Assembly: GCF_000711695.1 (NCBI RefSeq)
Contig: NW_013547018.1
Coordinates: 62,001-126,000 of the forward strand
Length of the DNA: 64,000 nucleotides
Source of the DNA: Tilletiaria anomala UBC 951
Taxonomy: Eukaryota
Direction: 5' to 3'
Shown: positions 12,435-23,293 of the stretch, one piece after another
Numbering within the stretch: the first letter of the stretch is position 1
How the letters are laid out: each line of letters opens with the position of its first letter
Position numbers and translations under genes: made by a program
Notes under the pieces: model-generated
The model's database searches: none
The model's input: the letters and a program-made list of their open reading frames with translations, nothing else
Told to the model about the DNA's origin: nothing

Positions 12435-14647
12435 ATGCTCAACCTTTCCATTCTCTCGACAGTGCCCAAGGAGGCGCTCAACTGGCGCTTCTTCCTCGCA
12501 ATTATCGCCATCGGCATCCTCGGGGCCGCACGCGGCCTTGATGAGGGCATCATCAGCTCGCAGACGTCGCAGAAGGCGTTCATCAACTCGTACGGGGTCC
12601 GCCCGGGTAGCGACATGCAGTCCAACATCACATCCATGGTCCAGATCGCCTCTGTTGCCGGTTCTATCCTTGCGTGGTGGACGAGCGACAAGCTCGGCCG
12701 TATTCGCTCCGCTCAGATCCACTGCCTTCTCTGGATCATCGGCACGACCGTCTGGATTACGTCCAAGGGCAACGTCGGCCAGCTGCTCGCCGGCCGCTTC
12801 ATTGTCGGTCTCGGCGTCGGTGGCACTGTGGGTGAGTCACATCCGTGTAGTTCCCTGGGCTTTGTGGTGCACTCTGCTGACACCGTTGTTCTCCTCCCTC
12901 GCTTTGTCGTATGACCCGCCCGCCGGCTCAGTCTGTGCGCCAACTTACCTGGCTGAGGTCGCCCCCAAATCACTCCGTGGAGCTGTCGTCGGTGTCTTTT
13001 CTGGCACCGTCTATGTCGGTGAGTGGCCATGATAGCTACAGCACGGTTCCATATTTTTGTTGGTTCACATGGCTCTTGTCCACCATTCGCAGGAATTCTT
13101 CTGGGCTATTGTGCCAACCTCGGCGTGACGCGCAACATTGACCCCGAGTCGTACGCTCGTGTGCAGATCCCCACCTCGCTCAACTTAATATTTGCCGCCA
13201 TCCCGCTCTTCATGTCGCCTCTCATCCGCGAGTCGCCGCGCTGGCTCCTCAAGTCGGGCCAAGAAGAGCAGGCGATCAAGAACATGTGCTGGCTCCGCCA
13301 GCTGCGCGAAGAGCATCCGTACGTCCGCCAGGAGCTCGACGGGATGCGTGAGGCGCTCCGTGTCGAGAAGGAGGCTAAGGGCCCCACGTGGCGTTGGTAC
13401 CATGCTTGGAAGGACATGTTCACTTCCAGGGAGAATCTCTATATCCTCATGCTCGTCTGTGGCGCTCAGGTCTTTGGTCAATTCTCTGGTGGCGGAGTGA
13501 GTCGTTAAACGACCCGATGCGCCCGCTTTTATACAGCCTCGCTGACTCACTGTGGGATGCCTTTCTATCCCTCTGTAGAGCATTACGTGAGGACTAGTCA
13601 ATGTTGTCATTGGTGGTTCCGCAGCACATACTGATGTACCCGTTCTCCTCTTTGTAGCATTTATGCACCCACGTTGTTTCAAATTGTCTCGGGGTCGTCA
13701 ACAAACTCATCCATCTGTGAGTGCATGCGCAAGACCGACCACAAAGTTCAAGTCTAATTGGCTCCATCCATCCTTCACCCGTTTACAGTCACAACGGCGA
13801 TTTTCGGCGTGATCAAGCTGGTCGCCTCCTTGCTCGCCGGCCTGTTCATCTTGGACATGTTCGGACGCAAGCGAGCTGCGCTGTTCGGGATCACACTGCA
13901 GATCATCGCAGGCATGTACATTGCCGTGTACCTACACATCTACCCTCCTCCGGCGACTGGCACCAAGATCATCGCGTCCGCTGGCGAGAAGCGCGCGAGT
14001 GAGGCTGCTATTGCCATGATATTTGTCTCTGGTTAGTATCGTTCGACAAGGGTTGACTGACCTCAATGGTGCCAATTTGACTGACGCTATCTTACCGATA
14101 ATGAACATGATCTCAGGTATTGGCTGGGCGTGTGGCTGTGAGTATGCGTGGTGGGCAGTGAGATGGTCCTACTATTGTGTGGATAATGCTGACCTATCCA
14201 TGGCCCACATCGTTCGCCTCCGCAGTCAACAGCATCCAGTACCTCCTCGCATCGGAGCTATACCCGACCACCGTCCGTTCGCTCGGCACGATGCTTGCGA
14301 TGGCTACGCACTTCCTCATGCAGTACGGCTCGTCGCGCTCCGTGAACCCGATGCTTGAGACGTTCAAGCCGTCCGGGACGTTCTTCTTCTGGGCCGCCGA
14401 GGCCGCGCTCTGCCTTTTCCTCGTCTGGTTCTTCCTACCCGAGTCCGCGGGTCGGTCATTGGAGGACATGCAGGAGCTGTTCAACAAGCCTTGGTACAGG
14501 ATCGGCTGGACGAGTAACGCACCCCATTGCGGTAGGGCGCTCGACGAGTTCGAACCTTCCGAGTTCGAGTACAACTCTACCCCTCAAGCACGCATACAAC
14601 GAGAAAACGCTGCCGAGAAAGACGAGAAGGACCTCAACGTGGTTTAA
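12435..14647 (+). CDS. MFS sugar-porter family transporter, quinate permease-like
   Basis: GAARGLDEG, DKLGR, APTYLAEVAPKSLRG, ESPRWL, DMFGRKR, SELYPTTVR, FLPESAGRSLEDM; multiple introns including 8-nt (13579-13586) and 21-nt (14117-14137) exons. Confidence 0.9.
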
Positions 14648-14818
14648 GGGCGTGCATTTGGATATGTATCATAGAAGGAGGTCTCGCCGTGGTATGATCA
14701 CTCAGACCATCGCAATTCGTCTTTCTGCAATCGTCATGTACTACCATAGCGAGACATTCGATCTACGCCATACGAACTTTCATATCTGCATCTAACGGCC
14801 GTCCGCTACAATAACTGT

Positions 14819-16049
14819 CTATGCCCTGACGTCCTTCGATCTGCCAAAGGTGAGACCGTACCCAATTGCCTTGTCCCCCGACTCGAGGCTCGGCCAACTC
14901 TGGCCCTTGACCTTCTTCACGAGCACGAGGTCGACCTTGAACTTGGTGAAGGTAAATGTGGACGAATCCGCGTCAATGTTTGCAAATGGCTTGAGCACGC
15001 GTTCGTGCCGCCGTGGCAAATCCGAGCCGCCTGGCGCCGGAGGCATCTCCAAGGAGAGCAGCACCGCGTCTTCTCGGAATTCGACCTTGCTCTTCTCCGT
15101 CTGCACTGCTTTGGCGTACACCGTCACGCGGACGTCGTCGGGCGTCTCATAGTGATCTACGCGGCAGTCGACCCTTTCGTAGCCATCCGTGCTCGCGGCA
15201 CTTGCTTTTGATTGGTCGCCGACGAAAAGGTGTCCGTTTGTCGCCTCCGTGCACGGTGCAATAGCGAGGAAATCAGCGAAGTCTAACACACGCGGCTTGC
15301 AGCATGACCAGCCCTGCGAGGCAGCAGGGGCAGAATACGAATGCACGTTAGCCGTCTCATCAAAGGAGAATCGAATGAGTACAGGTGAAGGCGTACCTTT
15401 GAACCCTCGTGGAATATAGCAACACCCTTGTGATAGCTGCACTTCTCCTCACTTCGACTCCGTTTCCCGCCGGTGAATGTGTAAGAGCATCCAGCTCGCT
15501 TGCATTTTGTTCCATCTTTAACAGCGCCTTCCTCATCCGCTTGCGAAGGGTCAGCCTCTTCCGCTTTCTCGACAGGAGCAGCATTCCCAGCGTCCATGGC
15601 CTTTTGCGCTGCTGCGAGTGAGTTACCAACTAACGGTTGGGTTACAGGCTGAGGAGCAGCCCGGCCGTACGTTTCGACTCCGTTCGCCGTCACAGCACTC
15701 GGCCCCTCCGTTTCACTCTTCTTTGCAGCTGCTCCATCGGGAAGCTCTTGCATTTCTACAGTGTGCGAAGGTGCTTCGGCGCAACCTTTTATCGCGAGGA
15801 ACTGAATGGATACAAAGAGATGATATGCACAGTTCAGCCTGCGCAAGACCGCCACCTCTGGGCCAGCTATGCATGTCTTCGACTAACCTGATCGAACTCC
15901 ATGACAGGCTTGTTCACATCTTGGCAGCAGGACCAAGACTTGAGGCCCTCATGGAAGACCGGTGCACCAGGGTGGAAATGGCATGCTGACGAAGACGGCG
16001 TGGCAGCATCAAAGTCCGCACCGCACCCACGGCGAGCGCAAATGACCAT
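14819..16049 (-). CDS. CHORD-domain protein (two CHORD zinc domains + CS domain), Hsp90 co-chaperone type
   Basis: CARRGCG..CHFHPGAPVFHEGLKSWSCC and CKRAGCS..YHKGVAIFHEGSK/GWSCCKPRVLDF, then CS domain (CRVDHYET..KVDLVLVK..SWPSLE); two introns. Confidence 0.92.
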
Positions 16050-16494
16050 CTTCACCACTTCTTGTGCAACCTTTGCGAAAGTCTGAGACGTGTTCCAGCG
16101 CGTTCAGTGTCGAACGAAGCTAGTAGCTACATATGCCTGGCGCTTTGCCCCGTGCAACAACCTTTTTTCAAGTGAGTAGTGAATGTCGTGTGAGACCTTC
16201 AGCATGTGTAGACAGGCGCCAATACCTTTTTAGCCGACGAGAGTGCAGCACTTGAGTTTTCGCGTTCCTTCGGCGACCTTCTCTCCTATTATATAATATC
16301 TAGGCATGCGCTCAGCGCTTCGGCGTCTTCTTTGGCCACCTCTCATCATCGGCTTTTTCCTTCGGCAGATCCTGATTACTGCGTCATCAGAGGTTCAGTC
16401 CACAATCATCTCCGATGGCAAGCAGGACGGGTACTGCTGGGGCCTGCACTTCACCTCGCGGAATCATCGAAAGGAGAGTCTGATCCTGGCCATC

Positions 16495-17215
16495 ATGCAT
16501 GGTACGAAAAGCGTCCACTCCTTCCAGGTTCTCGCTCGCCAGGTTGCAGGCTTGAGCCGTGGGTCTACCTCTCGCATCACCGTCGCCGCCGCTCCCAGGC
16601 TCGCCTCGTCCATCATCTGTCTCCGATGCCAAACGTCGTCAAAAAATCTGTTGCCCTTCTCTTGGAGCCCCGCTCAGCCGCTCTACCTGGCGGTCAGGAA
16701 TTTTAGCCGGTCCTCAGCATGGCTCCAGGCCGCTTCCTCGTCGGGTGACGGCACGGCGAGTGGACAGCAGCAACAAGCACAGGCCCAGGTCCAGCCGCGG
16801 CTGTCGCTCACATTCACATGTACAGTGAAAGACTGTGGTCATCGGTCAACGCATGAATTCAGCAAACGAAGCTACGAGAAGGGGATCGTCCTTGTGCAAT
16901 GTCCAGGATGCAAGAACAGGTGAGCCCACAGTGGCCTCGTTTCAATTGCATCTGCAGCGCAGCATTTGGGTGATGCTCATCTGCTGTCTCTTGTCATAAT
17001 ATCGCACGATGCGTTCCAGACATCTCATTGCCGACCATCTAGGCTGGTTCAAAGACTCGCATGAGGCAAAGACGGTGGAAGAGATGGTGAAGCAACACGG
17101 CGGTCGGATACGAAAAGGCAGCAAGTATGCTTCCGACGGCAGCGACCAGGGCGAGACGATAGAGATCGAAGAGGACAGCCATGAAGATGCACAGCCTAAT
17201 GCTTCAGACTTATAG
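16495..17215 (+). CDS. ZIM17: Mitochondrial DNL-type zinc finger, Hsp70 escort protein (Zim17/Tim15/Hep1)
   Basis: Arg/Ser-rich presequence; LTFTCTVKDCGHRS..SYEKGIVLVQCPGCKNR/HLIADHLGWF; intron 16920-17019; start uncertain. Confidence 0.9.
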
Positions 17216-17987
17216 CATGAGCAAACGAATATTAAGCAACCGCAGGCTCCATGAATGCCTTGCACCGGGCGTGTCTCCCCAAGAATAGCAGCGCAGTGTG
17301 AGCAAAGAGGAATGGCGATGAATTTACAGAAACCGAGGTGCCCGTTCCCTCTGAGCCATTACGAAGAGCGGACTGGATGCAAGTGCCCATTTGAAATCGC
17401 CAAATCGGCTGTTCCAAGCCGGCGCAAGGCTGGCACCTGCTGAGTGCGACGCTCTGCTGGGACATTCATCGTTGACTCACGCAATGAGGCCCGAGAAGCG
17501 CGGCCCTTGCTCAAATGCTGGCCGAGGTGTGTCGTGTTTTACGAAATATGCATGGCGGACTCAATTGGTTCAAGCTTTGCTTGTGAATGCGGTGCAGTTC
17601 ATGGTGATCGTCTGCACTTCCATCGAGTCTGAAGAGAAGAGGATTGCATGGGTCAAGGTTCGAGAGGAGTGAACAGTTTTGTAAAACCCCGCGCATATGT
17701 CCCCGCTTTCAGCCCGCAAGGCGCGGTGACGCCCCCGATCTCCCCGATTCGGCCGATCCCAGCAGCGCCCATTCCATTCCCCGCACGGCCCGCAAGCGAG
17801 TCCCACGCGAGCACTTTTTGCTCCTTCATCGTCCTCGTCAATGATTGACATATTCGATGTCACCTTTTCCTACTGTCACGACCAGTTCTCTTGTACTTTC
17901 ACTTGCTGTCGCCCATCCTTGCATGCCCCCTGCCTGCCTCCGGCCTCCCGATAACCCTTTCGTTTGCACTTATCCTGGCCTTCCACG

Positions 17988-18869
17988 ATGCGCCCCACCT
18001 TGACCTCCGCCACCGTCGCGAGCCTCCTCACTTCGCCGCTTTCGCTCTTCCTCGCCCTCGCCCTCTTGCTCGCAACGGCATCCTCCACATGGGCACAGTC
18101 AGCATCTTCGTCAGGGGGAAACGCGCCTCTTACCACAAATAACGCCCAGAGCGCGTGCGTTCAATACGGAGACTGTACGTGTTGTTGATTTGCGATGTTC
18201 GGCAAGCGAGCAGACGCCTGGACACTTTCAGCTTTCAAGGGTGGAAGGCACGATGGATGCTGGAACATTTAGAGCTTGGGAAGTGGTGAAGTTGTACGAG
18301 AATTGATGTGCACACATGTACAGGCACACAAGGATACCTCCGGCAAGGGTGGAAACAGAAGGAATATACCTTGGAAGGCGGAAAAAGCTTACCTGCAGCG
18401 TCTTTGCAATGCGGCGCTCGTTCGTCACAAGGAACCTCGCTACGGCCGGCTACTGATGCTCCTTCCCCGCGTCTTCTCTTCAGGCACCACCGCAGCTGGC
18501 GCAACACAAACCATCTCGCAACTCTCGCCAGTCACGCCCCCCGCGTCCAGCCTGCTCACCATCCCCATCCCGACCGACGCTGCGCAGGTGCCTGCATACG
18601 AAGCTTCTCTTGCGTCGGCCGGCGCTCTCTCCGCATACTCCTCACGCATAGCGGGTGGCATGAACACAAACGCAGCAGGCTCCACCGTCCTGCCGGGCAC
18701 AGTTGCCAGTGCGGGCCAGGCCCCGTCGAGCGCGCTCAGCGCCCAGATCAGCCAAAACAGCGGAAAGAACGCGGCGGGGCCCGCTGTCAGCGCGAATTGG
18801 AAGATGTTGGCTCTCAGTCCGGCAATTGCCCTAGTCGCTGCCGCTGCAGGTGCCGCGTACCTGCTCTAA
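17988..18869 (+). CDS. Small secreted Ser/Thr/Ala-rich protein, probably GPI-anchored
   Basis: Signal peptide (LFLALALLLATASSTWAQ), CVQYGDC, intron 18175-18483 joins in frame, C-terminal NAAG..hydrophobic tail (MLALSPAIALVAAAAGAAYLL*). Confidence 0.7.
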
Positions 18870-19215
18870 GTGCAACGGTACCGTATCATTTTGCTTGGAG
18901 GGTGACGGAAGGGTCATTTCCTTTCCTCTCACGCGGATCGCTAATCACGGTCGCTCGTGCTATCTATGTACTCTTTTTTTAACCGGGGCTCTTTCATCAT
19001 GTCTTATTCACGGACCATGCACGCGCAGGCGCAGACGCAGGCGCACTCTTTCTCAAGCTATTTATTGCTTTTCGTGCCGTGCAGTGGATAGTTTGTCCCT
19101 CATCATTATTAAACTGGAGCACACGCGCAGTCCCCCCGCATGCTGGAGGTAGTGTTGGAGCATCGAAGCGCCGGTTGTAGTGGCTATCCTGCCGACGACG
19201 CGCAGTTACCGCAGC

Positions 19216-20646
19216 TTACTGCTGGTCGTAACCCTTGGGGTTCTTGCTCTGCCAGTTCCACAGGTCCTTGCTCATGTCCTCCAACGAGTGCTTCGCTTTG
19301 AAGCCGAGCTCCTTCTCAGCCAACGCTGGATCAGCAGTCAAGTCCGGCACGTCACCGAGCCGCCTACCAACGATGGTGGACGGGTAGTCGTAGCCGGACA
19401 CCTTGCGCATCGCCTCAACCATCTGCAGGACGGACATTCCGACGCCTTTGCCCAGGTTGAACGAGCGGTACTTGCCCGGTGTCGGCAGATTGGCATACAG
19501 TGCATCCTTGTCGAGCCCATCTAGTGCATTGACATGGCCGCCGGCGAGATCCATGATGTGGATGTAGTCGCGGACGCACGTGCCGTCCGGCGTGGGGTAG
19601 TCGTTGCCAAAGATCTTCAGACCGCCTTCCCGGTACTTTCCGACGGCCATCTGCGCAAGCAGCGGCAGCAGGTTGCCAGGCTTGCCACGGGGGTCCTCGC
19701 CGATCATGCCAGACGGGTGTGCTCCAGCGGGGCTGTGCGATGCAAGCGCAAGCATTGGGGAGCATAGTCAGCACAGCACAGACTATGAAAGAAACAGCGG
19801 TTTCAACGTACTTGAAGTACCGCAAGCTGATCGCGCGCCATTCCGGGTAAGCGTCGCAGACGTCCTTCAGAATAAGCTCGCTCATCATCTTTGTCCTGCC
19901 GTAGACGCTTTCCGGCGCCATTGGAGTCGTCTCTGGGATAGGGATCTGCTTCGGGATGCCGTACACGGTCGCGCTGGAAGAGTAGACCATGCGAGTGCAG
20001 TTGTTCGCCTTCATCGCCTGCAGCAGATTGATCGTTCCGAGAATGTTGACATCGTAGTAGCTTTCAAAAGCGACACGACAGTTGAGTCAACGCAGATTTT
20101 GACCCTTGCTTTGTCGCGAAAAGAACTCACTCGATCGGGATCTCTCCGCTCTCGCCAACAGCCTTCAGAGCAGCGACAAGGATGACAGCCCAGATTTTGT
20201 CTTCGCCGCTGTACTTTTGGAAGACCGCGTCGATCGACGCCTTGTCCCTCAGATCCCCCTTGACGAGGTCAATCTTGCATGCATCCTTGTCCTCTTGTGA
20301 TGCATCTGCCGGGAGCGACTCCAGTGCGAGCTTCTCGACACGCTCGATTGCCTTTGGGAACGAGTTGTGGTAGTTGTCGATCACTGCGAGGTCGTGGTGG
20401 AGAGAGCCGCGTCAGTCAAGCCCTCGGAATGCCTGCCCAACTACGAATAGCCGCACAAGGCACACACCTGTGACTTTGTATCGCCGAGTTTGCAGCACGC
20501 AGAGCACGACGTGTGAGCCTGCAGCGACGATCCAAAGGCAGAGCAGCTGATCAGCTTGATCTGGACGGAGGCTCGACGCAGATGAAACAATGAAGCTTAC
20601 CGATGTAGCCCGCGCCGCCTGGAATCAGAACCCTCTGCTTGGTCAT
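19216..20646 (-). CDS. GAL10: UDP-glucose 4-epimerase (no fused mutarotase domain)
   Basis: [63 protein letters not shown]; four introns. Confidence 0.95.
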
Positions 20647-21352
20647 TGTCAGGGTTCTTCCACTGGATTCTTTTATAGATGAGTCGAGCAGCAGGGCCGT
20701 CTGTTTACGTGGGGAAGGATCCTGCCAATTCAAGCCAGCAAAGGATACTGTGGGCTACGATCTGCTATTTAACTCAACGAAACGAGGTGCTGCTGCGGGT
20801 GCTAGCTGCTGCCATGATGACGACGATGAAGAATTCGAAGACTGGAAACTTCCCGCAGCAGTAGAGCAGAGAGACGAGACGCGGCGCTCGCTCGCTCGCA
20901 CGCGCCATGGGTATTGGAAAGCACTTACATTCTGCTCTGCGCGGCGTCATCAGGGTATCCATATCCCACTTCTGATGTAGCAGAAATCTATCGTCGGCGC
21001 TGTGTAGCTTGCCTGACTGGCATCCAAACGGACGGATACCGTGGCCCCTGTTAACCAGTCTGCTTGGTTCTCTGGACGGGTCAATGGACAGCAGAGACAG
21101 ACGGCTGCTGGCCTGCAGCTGCCGCCAACTACATATTACATATCTTTTTCGTTGAGCACCGTACGGCGAGCACTCGGTGCATCAGGCCACAGGCTCGACG
21201 TCTTGGGATTTGAGCAACAAGACACTGGGAAGTGGAAAGGGAATTTGCCGTCCAGATCCAGTTCAGTCGGCACCATAATACTACTACTTCAGGTAGAGAC
21301 TGATTCCCGACTGGCGGACAGGGACATCGCTTAACGCCGAGCGATACCGAAC

Positions 21353-23167
21353 ATGTCTGCATCAGCTGTAGTGGGTGCGGCTCGTTCTGGCATAGCAGCA
21401 GCAGCCGCTCCGCAGCAGATCAGCGCTCACTTCTATCGCGGCGGCACCTCTCGCGGCCTGTTCCTCCGAACGCAAGACTTCGCTGCGTACAATTCGAGGC
21501 AGAGGGATGCTATCATTTGTGCTGCCAGTGCGTCCTGTCACATCCTCTCGGGACCTTGCCTGCATCGAATGGATTTGCTCATGTTTCCACAACTTATCAT
21601 GCCATTCTGCTCCTCCATGTGACCTTAACCTGCTCCTTCCAGTGGGTGAGGAGCGTCCTATACTCTTACTTGGGCATTGATCATGAACCTGTAACAACAA
21701 ACGACACTCTTGATCCCGGCTCGTCTTTTCTCTGCTGACAGGCTCGCCCGACCCAGACGGACGGCAAATATCCGGTCTAGGCGGTGGTGTCTCGTCGCTC
21801 TCCAAATGTGCCATCATTGGCTCTCCGGGTGAGGGCATCTCACCGTTCTACCCTGCATTTCCAGGTCACCGCCACATCGACGATGTCGAAAAGAGCAAGG
21901 ACCCTAGAAATGGATGGGATGTCGTCTACCGCTTCGGGCAGGTCCCGATTCAGGGCACGGAAATTGACTGGGGGAGCACATGTGGCAACCTGGTAGCTGC
22001 GGCAGCCATGGTGAGTAACAGACGCTCATCTGGTCCGGATCGCAGGCCGTCGTTCGACGCCAGACTCATAACTTTGCGCAAACGACGCCGGCTAGTTTGC
22101 AATCGATTCTGGCTCGATCACGCAGAATACCCTTGAAGCGTTCGCCAAAGAGCCAAAGGGCAGTTATGATGGCATGTATCCGATGCGCATAATCGCTGCC
22201 AATTCAGGCAACATCGTCACCGCCCACATCCCTCTGCATCGCATACAGTCACGCTCGCTTCCAGATTATGGTCCAAATACTGCGCCATCCCACAGCATTC
22301 ATCATTTCTTACAAGCAGCGCGGACAGGCACAGCACGCATAGCCGGCGTACCCGGCTCCTACGCTCCCATTAGCATCGAGACGCCGCTGCCGGACCGCGC
22401 CTCCATCCTCCCGAGCGGGTCCGCACGGAACCAAATTAACGTCGCATTCGATGACGGCAGATCGACCGCAATAGATGTCAGCCTGGTCGACTGTGGCTTG
22501 CCCGTCATCTTCGTCTCCGCCGCATCGCTCTTGATACCGCTGGACCTGCTCATGGCACACCCTGCCGAGCTCGACGCACATGCTCTCACAATGAGGCTGC
22601 TTGAGGCGGTACGGCGAGAAGGCGCCAAATTGAGTGAAAAGGTTTGGACAAACTTTAGTCCATCAGCACCCAAGGTGTGCATCGTGCATCCGCGGACGGT
22701 GTACAAGAGTAGCGGTGGCGATCAAGTGGACCAGAGGGATATGGACCTTTTGGTTCGGTCCATTTCCGTCGGCGTGAGTAGAGCAGACTTAATCAGAAAC
22801 GCGGCGCGGTGGAGAAGAGGCACGGCTGACATGGAACGTGCTTGCACTTCGATAGAACGTGCATCGCACTATTCCAGCCACGACGCTCTCAGCCGTAGCG
22901 GCAGCCAGTGCATTCGTGGGCTCGGTCGTGGACGAAGCGATCGCGCTTGGTAGACTGATCTCAGCAAGCCCAGCACCCGCATCGCAAGCCAAGTCGCAAG
23001 GGAAAAAGGACGTGCAGTCTGTTACTGTGGGCCAGCCGGCTGGGTTGTCCACGGCGAGCGTCACGCTCGGTATGGCTGGCGAGCCTGTTGGCATCGTTTA
23101 CATGCGCACGGCGAACAGGATCATGCATGGCTGGGTCGATGTCCCGCCATCACAGTGCTTATCATAA
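21353..23167 (+). CDS. PrpF / AcnD-accessory family isomerase (aconitate/methylaconitate-type)
   Basis: FYRGGTSRGLF, MGSPDPDGRQISGLGGGVSSLSK, DWGSTCGNL, HRTIPAT, RTANRIMHG; exons 21353-21527, 21643-21645, 21742-22010, 22096-22773, 22856-23167. Confidence 0.9.
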
Positions 23168-23293
23168 TGGCATGGATTTACATCCATAGGTGGTGCATAT
23201 CAGATCAGATACATGAAACTGCCTAGAGGCTCATTGTATGGATACGTCTTGCAACAGAGCGTTGATCGGATGCTGAGCAGACGCCATGGGTGG

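Noticed and set aside
19216..20646. GAL gene cluster
   Set aside because: Only the epimerase is present; no galactokinase or uridylyltransferase nearby.
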